Positions 23,463 to 37,374 of a stretch of DNA of 64,000 bases are shown here, in pieces. This DNA comes from Bugula neritina (lineage: Eukaryota; Animalia; Bryozoa). Position numbers and translations under genes: made by a program. The first letter of the stretch is position 1; each line of letters begins with the position of its first letter. The notes under the pieces are model-generated. The model was not told where the DNA came from. It saw only the letters and a list, made by a program, of their open reading frames with translations, and made no database searches. The DNA lies in contig CAXIUT010000255.1 in NCBI GenBank assembly GCA_964035545.1, positions 1 to 64,000 on the forward strand. The letters run 5' to 3'.

Positions 23463-26093
23463 ATGATATATACCTTTAGCCCAAACTGGTACAAATCCCA
23501 ATGCCTCCACTTCAGCAACACATCTCTTTACTACTGTTCGAACTACTTGCTTTACTAGTACGACTTGGTAAATAAACTAGTCATCAGAGAGTTATGTTTC
23601 AGACAGATAGCAATAGCGAATCACCTAAATCACAGAGACATCAAGATCAATGCAATCGCTTCTAACTAGAACAACTTATTCATAGGGATCAATCAGGCCT
23701 ATTTGGTTGTAGTTTGTATGTAGACTTTATAATTTGTCAAATTGGTGCCTTTGTAGATGTTTTAGTCGGTGTAGTATGTGTATCCTTATGTTGACGAGGG
23801 CATCGAGGTGGTGTTGGTATGTAATCGAGATGGTACGTTTGGCAAAGTCAGGATGGGACAGCATGGTGGGGTGTAGAAGATCCAAGTCAAGCACAAGTTG
23901 AGTTCTGTAAAGGCTATTTACATGGTTGGTTAAATACATTTTATAGTATTCACCCGTGGAACCATTCTCATTTACAATAAAGATTTCACTCAGTTATAAA
24001 AGACAATAGAAGTGTCGCAAGGAGATACGATATTTTCAGTAGATTGTCTTCAACTGGCCTAAACAACATTATTTGCATTTCTAACAAAGTCAAAGTAAAG
24101 CACCAGTATAACAACTTTCAAATACAAATAAAAAAAATAATTTCCTTTATAGTACAAAAAAAAGGTAGAATAGATCGGATAGCAAGTAAAAAGATTTACT
24201 GTTAGCACTTACTATCCTAAAAAATATGCATAAAAAGTCAAACAAAATATAAAAGCTTCCATGAGCATCAAATTGCTATCAGAATAGAAGATCATACTTA
24301 CTGGAAAGCTAGGAGATGTTGCGACTATTTATACTGATCGAGTGAAAGAGGGATCATCTGTGCAAATCAGACCTTATAGTTATCAGGAGGGTCAGTAAGG
24401 GAAGGAAGAGGTTTACGAGGTGTGGTCTGATAGTAGACACTACAGGTAGATTTATTTTATTTATCGGCATCAAAATAGACTCTATATGGTATCTACTGAC
24501 CATAATTTGACTGTTTGGAATGCTGGTCTGCATGGTGTTCAATATATCTATTCTATCAAATTTCTAACTTCTCCAGTTCAGGCCTTTTTTACTGCTTAAA
24601 ATGATCCTAAAAATATTTTTGCTCTTTTGAAAGATTCAGCCATCAGATCTTTTGCTCCCATAGAAGAAGGAAACTACCAGCTGAGTTAGTTTTGGAAGTT
24701 TTCTAAAAAATACAAAATCAGAAAAGCTGTTTGTCATCCGTGTGAAGAGGGAGTGATGGCTTTGGCAACTGAGTGTAATCGAGTGCAACTATACGATGTT
24801 TATTAAGATAGATTGATGAAATTGATAGAGGTAGAGGAGTAAATAATAAATATTAGTTTTTAGTTTCCTTCTCTTTAGGAGGAGTTGGGTTATTTGTTTA
24901 AAGGGAAGCTGGAGGTGGATAAGAAGGGGTATTTATCTCATTATGTGAAGTAGATGGATAATAAGACTGTTTTGTTGATTCAGACTAAAAAGGAACTTGT
25001 GTTTGTTAGCAATTTGGCATAAAAGTAACTAATATTTAAAAGATGTTTAAGGGAAAAGAGATTGTAGAGGATACATAATAACAGATTTTGGGATTAACGA
25101 CTCTTACTTGCTTCTCAAAATAAAAACAAAGAACTCTAGCTCTTCATAAGAATATAGCAAAAAAATATCAACTCTCAAGTGCCATTAACTTACAACCAGG
25201 GCAGAGTTTTTTTCAAAGCTGAAAGAAAAAGTAACAAAATCAATGTTATAAATTTCAAAGGAAATAAACTTGCAATCAATAGAACAATTATCGATCTATA
25301 GAAGTTAGAATTAAGGTTGGAATCTTTTACTGAAGTTATTTTGCATAGCCAAATAGATTATCTTTGTCTTAATTATGAGGATGAAAGGGTGGCTGTGTAT
25401 AGTCAGAAAGATGATGCCTTGATTGTTTTATGGATGGATAGGTTGAAGGAAAATAAATATGAGGTTAATAAACATAGTAAAGAGATTTAGATGTATCAAA
25501 CAAAGTCTAAAATTTAGACTCTTTGCTTTTATCTGGATAAGTATATTGTAGTTGGAACTAAAGATCAAAATATCAAAGTTATCTGCTATCAAGATCTTTA
25601 AATATTGAGTAAAGATAAAGGAAAGAAAGAGGAAAATGTAATATTAAAGAAGAAATAAGTAGCTGTATAGGAAAAAGGTATTGTAAAGGAAGAAGTAGGT
25701 TTAAAGGAATAGACAATTTAAAAGAATAAAGAGATAGTTGAAAAAGAAGAAGAAATAGTTGAAAATAAGAAAGAAATAGTTGAAAAGAAGGAATAATAAC
25801 TGACTATAAAGGCATAAAAAACAGTTCACAAGGACGATGAAGAAATAAATAAAGAAAAAATAAAGAGAGAAGAAGTGAAGATCAATGAATAAGATATTCC
25901 TAACTAATAAGAGTGATAATCAATATTTGTCTCTAAAATATCAATTCCAATCATAAATCTAACAATAAATTAAAATATTCTACCATATACTCCTTAATAG
26001 ATCTATCACCTGTTGGATGATCACTTGTTTGATAATGATATAAATGGTTGTTTATATATGAGTGGGATGATTGGGAGTAATGATATTTATTGA
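23463..26093 (+). CDS. Gemin5-like WD40 protein
   Basis: N-terminal SPNWYKSQC resembles Gemin5 SPNWYC; degenerate WD40 repeats follow; exon structure unresolved. Confidence 0.5.
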
Positions 26094-26113
26094 GTTGATA
26101 AATATAATTTGAA

Positions 26114-27566
26114 ATGGGTCCGGCTCAACAGAAAGCTATAGCTACTGAGTAGAACGAGTAAATGCCTAAAATAACTCACTAGAAGTTTGTTAATCGCCAG
26201 TTCATTAAAAATTAGCAGGATTAAACTAACATCCTGATTACTGTTGCTATTCCTCATCAAAAAGAGTATACTCTTTGGGCAGATCAGCTTGCCAAAATGG
26301 GATAGCACTAAGCATTGCTTCTTCCTAAAAGTCACTCCTTTAAAAAATAAGGGTTTTGTGGACTTTCTGGAATAGTTGAGGTACATCATCCCCTATCAAG
26401 ATCATCTATTAGAATTATCCTTTCCTCTTGAGTGACTAGGTCCACAACCGGGAGTGTTTGGGGACTAAGTACTTCGAGTAGAATGAGCTTTGGTATTTGA
26501 TATTGACTTTGCTTTCTGCTGCTGATTTGTTTCATCCTCAAAAGAAGAAAATAGGTGATGTGAAGCCTTAAAATATATTTATCAGTTAGGATGGATCAGT
26601 TAAAGTTGCATGTAATCTATCTTGGCCAATGGAACGTACTAATTATTAAAAAAGTTTTTAAAAAACTACTACGTATATAGGTAACTAATCATCTAAATAG
26701 CTCCTGAAGAAGTTAGTGAGTTAGCTTACGGCAAAACTGATCCTTCGACTTCTAACTAGCTAGCATAGACTTTTTCTATTGGGTTGACTTTACTAGATGC
26801 AGCTACTTTATCTGATTCTAGAGATCTGTATAAAGGACATAAAAGTTTTGATTACTAAACACTTTAATTACGACTGAAGACCTTAATGTAGAAATAAGAA
26901 TTCAGCAGAATATTGAAAGCATTGATTCAAAATATGTGTTAAATAAATCCATAGAAAAGAACCAATTGTCGATAGTTGTATGATTGGTTATCGCCTTATG
27001 AAGAAGAAATTAATAATTTTGATTAATTCCAAGTAACAGACATTCCAGAAAAGTTAAAAGTATAACTAAATCAAAGTCCTCCCAAACAAAATGTCAATAT
27101 GCATCCTCATCCTTCAAATAACTATACCAATACTACTTATATTGGCACTAATGGAGCCATGCCATACCAGCCAATGACACAATCTATTACTCATTCGATT
27201 CCTCAGCAGTACAACATCCCTCCTCAGCCAATCAACTTGCCCACTCAAACTGTTACTCTTCCCCCTCAGCCAGTCAAGTCACAGTATACTAGCTATATAC
27301 CACCTTCTAGTAACACAATGGTTTCTAGTTCTGGCATTGGTTTTTCTTATACTTCTGGATCGGGTAGTCCTCTACCTGCTACTTATATCAGTGGCACTAG
27401 ACCCATGACTTTGCCTCCAGTTACTCTACAGTCGAATTCCTATGCTAGCGGAGGGATTCAGGAGCCAGTGCATGTGGAATCGAGTGCTGCTACTTATTCT
27501 GGGAAGTTTTCTTTGGATAAGATCGATGAACAGTTGCAGCAGTCGAGGAAGATGTTCCCTTCATGA
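26114..27566 (+). CDS. Protein kinase-like (probable pseudokinase) with Pro/Ser-rich tail
   Basis: ELWYLILTLL..KIGDVKPENIFISEDGSVKV with no DFG seen; 20-nt intron 26381-26400. Confidence 0.75.
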
Positions 27567-27777
27567 TTATCATATATGTGATATAACTATCAAATCAAAC
27601 TAATTGCATAGTAAAGAGCTATGTAAGGCATAAATACAAATAATAGTATCAGACTAATAACATAGTTAAGAAGGTATATAAGATGTTTTATGAAATAATA
27701 CTGTGAGGCATAAATACAAATAATACTATGAGGCATAAATACAAATAGATTGATTTTAAAGGATGATTTGATTTATA

Positions 27778-29021
27778 ATGATGTTGTAATACGACTAGAA
27801 CAGTTTTACCGCTATAAACGAAACCTACAAAATATGGAAAAAACACTCTCCATTTCTCTACAATAGTCTACAAACATACCCTCTCACCTCCTGCTCTCAA
27901 ACTCTTGATTGGTTCCCTCAACAATATCCATAAAACAACTGGAATATACACAGTCTTCTCATCGGAACCAACTCTCTCACTCATAACGCTCTACTTGTAC
28001 TCAGTATTGCTCTTCCAACTGACGATGCTCTGACTGATTATTCTACCTACAGATAGGAAGCTCCTGAACAGGATGTCAGCAGCAATGGATATGTGGGAAC
28101 TATGGGCAACCAATTGCTATCAGTGAAGATAACTATTCCTCAGGCGAGTTAGATTATGAAGGCGAGGATAAGCAAACATGATGAGAACTTGATTGCGGTC
28201 AAAACTGGTGGACATACTCCCGAACTACTTGTTTATGATTTAAGAAATAAGTAGACTGAACTTGAAAATAATTCTGTTAAGCTAGGAGGTCATGAAGAGG
28301 AAGGGTTTGGACTGGTTTGGAATCCTTTGATCAAAGGTAGTTTGTTGTCTGGTTCTTATGATAGGAAGATCATATCGTATGATGTTGAGAATGAGAGTCA
28401 GGTGGGATGTTGGAGTGCCAGTGAAGGCGTGTAAGATGTTAAATGGTCCTATTTTGATCCTAATTTGTTCTGTTCTGCTCAGCAGGACTAGAAAATATGT
28501 ATGTAAGAATGATATGATGTAGATGGGATAGTAGAAATACGAACAGTAAGGCCAGTTTAACTAGAAAGGCTCATGCTGGATAGGTTTATTCAATAGATTT
28601 TAATAAGAAAAGTGAGTATTTGCTTTTATCTGGAGGAGAAGACGGAGATATTTGTTTTTGGGACATCCGTAATCTAAACAAAAAGGTATATTGATACGAT
28701 AACAAAGCTGAACACGTTTGTGGGTCATAACGATGCAGTAACTACTGTGGCTTGGAGTCCTCATGACAGTTTGAAGTTTATTTCTGGTTCTAGTGATAGG
28801 AGAGTGGTGATTTGGGACATTTAGAGGTTGAATTTGAATACAAAGGAGAAGGGTAGTAACTAGATAATGGTATTGATGATGTAATTTAGTTTATTCATGG
28901 AGGGCATCGAAGCAAGGTGGTGGATGTGAGTTGGGGCAATGAGAAGGAAATGGTGGCTTCTAGTTAGTAGAATAATACAATGCAGGTGTGGAAGGTTAAT
29001 GAACATATTTCTTTGGTTTGA
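27778..29021 (+). CDS. RBBP4: RBBP4/MSI1-like histone-binding WD40 protein
   Basis: INETYKIWKKHSPFLY, GHEEEGFGLVWNP, EIMFIHGGH; introns at 28503-28522 and 28870-28889. Confidence 0.88.
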
Positions 29022-29038
29022 TTTAATATTATCAAATA

Positions 29039-32000
29039 ATGGATAAATATTTTATTAGCTAATATTCTAGAGGGCAAAACTATAATTGTTTTTGTTTTGT
29101 GAGTATATCTATTAGGTATTAAGATGAGGTTTGATTTTACGAGGTTTTTGTTGATGTTTTTAGTGAGTGGTTCTTGACCACAGAGGATTTTATATTTAAT
29201 ACACCAGAAGATGGACTATAGCTAAAAAGTGATCGGACAGGCAAGGAAGACAAGAGGTTATCTTGAAAAGAAATCTTCAGGAATCATATCTATCTGGCAG
29301 AGAAGATACTTCTTGATTCTGGATCATTCAATCACCTATTATGACGATGAAACTCTCCAAGAACAAAAAAAGTGCATCAGTCTTTCTGAAATCAACAGTA
29401 TCAAGGTGGTCTAGGACACAGAATTCCACCTTGTGACTAAAAAAAGGATATACGAATTAAGAGCAGAAGAAGAAGCTCAAAGAGATCTATGGGTGGCCAG
29501 TCTCAACATTTTAATATCAATAAAATAGGGCAATCACCAGGACTTGACAAAGTCTCTTTTCAGTCATGAGAGTAAGAAAATAATAACAGCTATAAATCCT
29601 AGGCCACGTTCAAAACCTAAGAAAATAGAAAGGGCAAACTCTCCTCCAGTAATTAGAAAGATGACTTCTATGCACTAAAGAAAAATAAAAACAGATTAAT
29701 TTTCAACTGAGCATTTATTTCTGAAGGTAGGACTGGTGAAGATAGCTAATCGATGGAAAGAGAGTAATATAAAGAATAAGGTGGCCTTGCTGAGAGAAGG
29801 TAAGAAGTGTTTGTTTATTATATCCTGTAAAACACTACTTAAAAGTCACGAGGATTAAGACTTTTTATCTGAAGATCTAGTCCGTCCTTTGTAGTTCAAC
29901 ACTCTTTATTCTTATGATTTAGCTAGAGAGTAAAATGCAGAGGTTGTTGAGATATGTAAGTGTTGTTAGATCCAGGCTATCTAGGAAGAACAAAAAAAAA
30001 TGATAATTGTCCTACCGAAAGATACTCTTACTATCAGTCTAGACTATAACACCATGGAGGTGGGCTAGGTTTTGATGATACCTAAAAAAATCAATCATGC
30101 TATTCAAATAGGAAAAGAGTATCACAATCGGTTGGGAATCAAAATAAAAAGAAATATTGATAAAATGCTTTATAATTATGATTCTAAGGAGATGTCTTTG
30201 GGTTAAATCGTTAAACGGTAGTTTTAGAGGTGTGTGAGGGAGAGTAAAGAAGCGCATTCTAAGCAGTAGTTTAGAAAGACGCTTTAGAATGTGAGGAGGA
30301 CTATTAAAGAGGTGGGTAATTGTTGCTAGGTGTTATAGAAATCAAGAGGATAGTTTAAATAAAAATTTACAAAGGAATTTCATTATCAGACAGTACACTA
30401 CGTTCAGAACACTTGGAACGGGCTGCAGAAGGTTTTGACATTAAGCTAGCAGAAAAAGGTGCTTCTTTTGCTTTACTAGATTTGGAAGTCAATGAGAGAA
30501 ATAGTGAAAGAGTCAAAAATATTTGATGTGGTGATAGGCATGCACAAGCATTTAATATAGAAGTACCAATAGTAGATAATATCAAAGATAAATTCTTGTT
30601 TTACTTTGAAGTAGCATGAGATATTGGACTAGATCAACATATAGATCAAGGGGTAGACTGAAATAATAGAACAAATGAATACTTTTTTTTATTCTAATAG
30701 CATATATAGACAATTCCACATAGATGTTCGTTTGGTTCTTTATGAGTTTCCTGAGATGCCTGTCAATGAGAAGATCCTACAAGAGTATTTGAGTTTATTT
30801 AGAAATGTGTTTAAGCATATAGCTGATGAGACTTTTAAGTTTATTGATCGGTGGAGTGATACTAAGTTGATATTGGGGACATGCAACTAGATATAATTCA
30901 TAAAGAATAGTTTGTTTTAATAGATGTATTCTAAATTGGTAAAGGCTTATCCTTCTAATAGCAAGGTGATTCAATATAAGTATTTGAAGGATTTTTAAAG
31001 CGAAATAAGCAATACATAGATTTTACTGGTAAAGAACTTATTTGTGATGACATTTAGTACTATAGATCGATAGGTGTTGAGTAAGAGTTTTATTTAGTTG
31101 AGGATCGAGCAGATATGTGAGATAATTCTGTAGAAGATAAATGGTTTTAGTAAATTGAACAAGTATGTGAAAAGGAATATATTCGAGGCTAGTTTTGAAT
31201 AGATATGTTATTTTTACTATAGTAGTATAATAAAGTTTAACAGGAGAGTGAAGGAGTAAAGCGCATAGTATTTTAGCAAAAAGATAGGTGAGGATATCAA
31301 TACTATAGGATTGAAATTTGGTGGTTTGATTCACCAGGATAAAATACATGCCCATTTGAAAGATTTGATGTTGATTAGATAGTTTATACAAACTGATTTG
31401 AGTAATATTAAAAAGTTATGTAGAAACATTAAAAAATAATTTGGTAACTCCTTTACTTAGTATGCCTTGGTTAATTTGCTTAGTCTTAGAGATATGAACT
31501 CATAAACTAGATAAAATTTAGCTCTATAGTGCAACTAAATCGTTAAAAATTCTGCTTAAACTCCTTAAGAAATATCCATGGTGTCGAGTAGTCGGTAATC
31601 TTTTTTGGATAATTGGAATAATGCTAGATCGAGAAAAAGTACATTGACTTTATCGCTTAATGATTTTTATTAAAATCAACATGCTATGCAGCAAAATAAA
31701 TATAGCTGTTCTGTTTGGAAGCAAGGATATCTGATTAAAAAGAAAACTATCAAAAATAATCATAGTTTACCAGAGCTAAAAGCCTTTTTTAAGGTTAATA
31801 ATTCAAGACTTGAAGAATATTAGTCAGAAACAACCAAATAGTCAACTACAGCCTATTAATTACATTATGTTAAGAGATGTTACTTGCACCCAGATAAAGC
31901 ATACATTTTTATAATTGAATTTAATGAGTTTAAATTGCAATTTAAAGCCTAAACATCTGATTAGGCAAAAGAATGGGTCAAAAATATCTATGAAGAAGTT

Positions 32001-32276
32001 GGTACTTTGACTACTTTGAAGGAAATTCCTTTAGAAAAGTAAAGACACAGCTAGTTGAACATAAAGGAGGTTAAAGATTTGAGTACTATGGAGTCATGCA
32101 GGTTGATAAAGGAGAGAAGTCAATAGAAAAGTAAAGACTCTCCAATGCTGAAGAAGAAACAGACATCATAAAGAAGTCATTCACCTGAAAAAGTGGTCAG
32201 GATATTAAAATAAGATAAACAAAAGTAACAAGTCGATGATAACTGTTATCGATGTTCAAAAGGATTTTTTTTCTGA
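29039..32276 (+). CDS. Two PH domains flanking a helical, possibly Sec6/EXOC3-like region
   Basis: PH1 RGYLEKKS..WQRRYFLIL..QRDLWV; PH2 KQGYLIKK..AKEWVKNI; Sec6-like LVNLLSLRDM is weak. Confidence 0.6.
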
Positions 32277-32423
32277 TTTCTTATATCTAATAAAGACACT
32301 TATCTATCTCTAGTACTTATCTTATATCTATCTCAACTTTTATTTATATCTAATGCTTATCTATATCTAATACACATTTATCATGTATAGATAGCTTTGA
32401 ATAAATTCTAATTATAATTTTAA

Positions 32424-34380
32424 ATGTCGATACACTAACAAGATCTGGGTACATTCTCTTATATTCAGGATAATTCAACGATTCTACCGTCCTCATGCAG
32501 CCAGTAACATTCAACCCTCGACCTGTTCCTCTTATCAGTCGCCTTCATAACCAGTAGCATGTACTATATATTCTCAGTTAGGTGAATTTAGGCATATACG
32601 ATGAGATTAAGCTATCAGAATATGCATAGAATAAATCAGGAGAGGTGATAGAATTTGTGAGTTATGATTACAATTCGAGAAATACTTTTTTGACTAAGCC
32701 TGCATTATCTTTGTTGTAGAAATATGCGACAGATGAGGTATGTTTTGTGACTGTGATGGGAGATAAGGAGTCGGGCAAAAGTTTTTTTATTGATAAGGTG
32801 TTAAATTTATCAGAAATACGGGGGAATCAGGTATATAGTTATTTTATTTATAGTTTTGTCGTAAAAATAATAAAGGCATCAATATTTGGTCGACTCCTTA
32901 TTAAAAATAGTAGCTAAAAATATTCTTTTTGTAAATTAATAATTGTTCTATTTCATCAGAATAATTTAAAATACTATTGACCTATGCTTTGATGATAAGT
33001 TCTGCTTTTATCGTGATCGACCATTTTAAAAATGTGGGCACTAGTTCTATCAAACAGCTGGATAACGTGATTGCTGAAGTGGTGCAAAAGATAAGTCCTA
33101 GCAGAATATAGAAGTAGGTTTAGATGAAAAACAATCAATAGATCTTTATGCCGAAGATGTTTATCAATATAAGTCGAAACAAAAACAAGAGAGATAAATA
33201 GTACTTGCAGATGATTTCTTAGTATGTATGTGAGTATCTTCCTGACGCGTTGTAGAGAGGGTATGGTGGTAAGAGTTCAGATTTGATGCAGTTGCCCTTT
33301 TTGGATAAGAAGTGTATCAGTGAAGAGTATATTAGAAACGTGGCTGATGTATTTAGACAATTGCATCTTAAGGTTACAGAGAAGAGGTATAAGTAGTTGG
33401 TTTTGAATGGAAACATCATCGCTAAGGTGTCTAAATATATCTAGAGCTATCTGAATAATGGCTAGGAACTTAATATGGACAGTTTGTATTTGAAAATAAT
33501 TGAAGATTTGTATCAGTCGGCTTATAATTATTGCATTCTTAGTTATCATGAAGAAATGCAAAATTAATTTTAGGATTAGCAGCCTAAATCTTTCTAGTCT
33601 CTTCTTTAAACTTTCTAAAAAGTTAGTGATAGTACTTTCGATAAATTCCATTAGTTCAATTTGGACCAAAGTCTCTATGAACACTACTAATAAAAACTTT
33701 AAAAACACATAAACGATAAGGAGTTGATGTTGATGTAGATCAATAAGCAGAAAACCAAGCAGTTGTTTTTGTAGATGGTAGATGAGAGGAGGTTGGGAGA
33801 CATTAGTTATTATAAAATAATGACCTAGAAGATGGAGAGGGAGTTGAAATCTTTAAATCACGGAAAAGCTGAAGCCATTGGATAAATTAATGCTAAATTT
33901 TATTAGCAAACTCAACATAGTAATAATATTGACTTCCAATTGATGAAATAAATTTAAGGACTAAAATAAAATATTTCTGGAAAGGAGAATTAACTAAAAG
34001 AGATAAAGTAGTTGAAACGGGGTAAACAGAAAGAGCAATCATCGATTGATAAGGAGAGAGAGTCGTATTTATCTGTGCAAAGAAATGTTGCAGCAAAGGC
34101 AAAGAAGCTTCAAGATTAAATTAACAGTATTATTTTGAATATGAGTGGAACTTTTTCTTCAAATAAAGACGATATCAAAAAGTATGAGGACAAGGTAGTT
34201 GCCAACAAAAAGACAATTTAGGAGTTGAAAGGATCTCATAAAGATCAGAGAGTAACAACTACAGAGGGTAGAATTGAAGAAGTGAGGAAGAAGATAGTTA
34301 TGCAGTAGAAGTTGTTGGCTTAACTAAAAGAGGCTAATAATCAGACTGAACCACCAAAGAAGCCAAAAGATCAAAAATGA
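32424..34380 (+). CDS. Guanylate-binding protein/atlastin-like GTPase-fold protein with coiled-coil tail
   Basis: VCFVTVMGDKESGKSF P-loop and KGINIWSTP; intron 32831-32853. Confidence 0.65.
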
Positions 34381-34410
34381 TATGATATTGTTTGACATTA
34401 AATAACTAAA

Positions 34411-35537
34411 TCAGTAGCCCAACGCTTACATTATTGCATCAGCTATTTTAGGCTTAAAAGAAGATATCTTATTGTTGGAAACGTCTGGGTGACCTCGATT
34501 GTTTAGTACAACGAATACTATCTTTTTTTATTTGTCTGCCCATGCCATTGCTCCTGTAGATCCATCGTGACCAAAGCATTTTGACATCTTTGAGGTGGGA
34601 CATTGAGTGCCAAAACCTAGTCCCATAGTATTGTTATAAGGAAGTCCTTCTACTTTGGTTGTGAATAGATCTACGACAGATTGTGGCAGGACTCGAGTTG
34701 ACTCTGTTGGTATTTTACCGCCTGAAACTAGGATTCTCATGAATCTGGTCAGATCATCAGCATTGGTAAACAAGCCAGAATGCCCGCCGACTCCTCCAAA
34801 GAAGTATGCTAATCTTTAATGAGCTTATCCTCTGATGATTCTTTTTCTTATTTCTAGGTTATAAAATTGCTACCTTTGTCATATTAGGTTGGAGCTATCT
34901 TATACCATTCACTTTGGGGAGGACTGAAGTTGGTATTGGACAACCCTGCGAATATTTTGTTTTGTTAGAAATATTTTTAGAAAGTTTGACGGGAGATGTT
35001 GGCGACTATTTTACTTAATAGATGGAAACCTAGGTTTGAATATTGGAATTGCGTGCCTACTGGAAAATCTGGTTTGGCGAAAGTTATATATTACCATACA
35101 TCTTCTGTTGTTTTAGGAAGAGGTCCTGGGTAGTCGTACTTCAGGCCTGAGCTATGAGTCATCAAGTTGGTGATAGTGGTATTTCCTTTGCGATTGACGT
35201 CGTAGTTGGCTATGTACTTCGAAACCAAGTCGCTTGGTTTGATCAAATTGCTTCCAAACAAGTGCATGACTCCGAAAGTGGTGGCCATGACTTTGGTGAT
35301 CGATGCGATGTCGTATTTTGTTTAGTTATTGACTTATACGTCTTGCAGTTGGTAGTTGTAGCTCAAGTGTCCATAGTTTTTTCGATAAAGGATGTGGGTT
35401 TCGTTGGCAACGGTGACGCTTCCGCCTGGAAAGACTCTGTCTCTGACTGCTTAGTCGAAGAGGTCGTTGACTTTGGTCCAGTCAGCACAAAGAGCGGATA
35501 TTAGGAGAAGACTTGTTAGTAGTATGAAAACTTTCAT
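34411..35537 (-). CDS. Secreted beta-lactamase-family serine hydrolase (AmpC/AmiE-like)
   Basis: Signal peptide; SxxK (ASITK), LMTHSSGL, YxN (YSN), GGVGGHSGLFTNADDL, FGHDGSTG. Confidence 0.88.
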
Positions 35538-35728
35538 GATAATAATGCTATCAGATCTAATTATAGGCAATTAATGAGCAACTCACAAACTATTTAATGA
35601 TTAATAAGTCAAATACAAGTATGATTGTGGCTTCGTTTGAAGCATTTTATATGAAGTGGATGATTCTGATGGAAGGACTGGTATCATGAAGGATAGCAGT
35701 GGTTCCGAATCGAGATAGGTGTACAGTG

Positions 35729-35939
35729 GTTAATAGATAGTAAGCCTCCTTGTGTATGGGTTGTATAACTATAACTTCTGAAAAGGTCGTCCTCTGGTTG
35801 ATCTCGCCTAGGGTCTTCGACTAAGCCAGAGAAGACAACAGAATCAACTGTGATAGTTTCTATCCTGTTCAGGAGGACTTTCCCCGAGTATAGCGACCGA
35901 AGTCGTTGGTTCAACTCGACAACAAATCAATCTATTAAC
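35729..35939 (-). ncRNA. RNase MRP RNA (RNase P/MRP family)
   Basis: P1 GUUAAUAGAU/AUCUAUUAAC; P3 with UUCG hairpin; CR-I GGAAAGUCCUCC pairs with CR-V ACACAAGGAGGCUUA (P4 with bulged U); CR-IV AUAGUUA. Confidence 0.8.
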
Positions 35940-36072
35940 ACATCTCATATCATAATCTCAACACTTATATCAACACTATCGATATCATAAACTAACAACA
36001 ATATTAGTATGAAAAAGTTATAAAATAAATATTAGTATCACAGATTTATAAAATAACATCAATGAAATCAAA

Positions 36073-37333
36073 TCATTCTTCTATTTCCAATAGCATTGAA
36101 GAATTATCTTTTTCTGCCTGTTATTTAATAGGAGGGATAGTGAAGTACTTGATATTTCCTTTGTTCCAATCTTATACTACTAATTTGGCTCCTTGCTTCA
36201 TCTAGGGAATTCCTCCTTTTCCTAACTTTCCATAGGCTCTACATATTTTAGCTAAGAAGTCTAGTGGACTCTTGAAAGGTTCTATTTTGTAGTATTCTAA
36301 TAGTTGTTGTTCTGATACTTTCTATAGTATAACTTCAACTACTTCTTCAAGGTTGTCTCCATATTTGGCAGTATTTTGTAGAATTAGTTGATTTCTGGAA
36401 AGATCTTTCTAGAATATGACTCCAGGACAATCTAATAATTTAACTTGTTTGTCTAATTTGACTTCTTGAAGGGCCTTCGTGCAGCCAGGAAGACTAGATA
36501 CATCACAAGTTTTGCTTCTTTTCAAACTATTAATTACACTACTTTTGCCTACATTAGGATAGCCTATCAGACCAACAGTTACAGCTCTACTGAACCCATC
36601 TAGCTTAGATAGTTGTTTGATAAGTTGCATTAAATGTTCTGTTCCAATAGCTTTAGTAGAATGGATCAAAGTATCAGCCATATCAGTACTATCAGCGATT
36701 GATTTCTTGTATAAGTTGAAAGATGAGAGATTATTTCCTTGCGATTGAAGATTGGCTTTAAACATAACTACTGGGTACTATCTTCTGAGATATGATTGCC
36801 ATGCATAGGCATTTTAAATGGGTACTAAGTCGATTTTATTGAGAATAAGGATGATTTTTTTATCAGGCATTGATAGGATCTTTTTTTAGATGTTTTTGCA
36901 TCGGCAACTTAAAGGATCTCTTGCGTCTAGCACTTATAAAATTATATCACAACTTTATATGATTTTTTTCATTTCTTTCCAATATTTTCCTGAATCGAAT
37001 TCTTTGTTTTATAAGTATTCTTTTTCTTCTGTTTATATCTCGATGTTTTTTTAAACAAAGGAAGATTAAATTATGAGTTAGTTCATTGATAGTGTTTTTT
37101 ACTTCTAAAGATTTTGTACTATCTTATGTCTATCAGCATTTTTATTTTTGAGGGAATCGACTATTTTGTTTTTGATGAAAGATAGATTAGGAGGTCGAGA
37201 TAGATCATTTTTATTGACTAAATTTAATTAAAAAGGTACGTCTTTTGACTGATCCTTGTCCTTTTTGTATTTTGAATTCTTTACGGTTTTTTCTACTTTC
37301 TAATAAGTGTTTCTGATTTTCTTGTTTACCCAT
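36073..37333 (-). CDS. GNL3: Nucleostemin/Nug1 circularly permuted GTPase
   Basis: DIILEVLDARDP, LNKIDLVP, GYPNVGKSSVINSL, LLDCPG. Confidence 0.9.
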
Positions 37334-37374
37334 CAACAATGCTTTATTATAATCAGACAAACAACAACAGTCAA

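Noticed and set aside
35684-35914. 76-aa minus-strand ORF
   Set aside because: Overlaps the structured RNase MRP-type RNA and has no protein features
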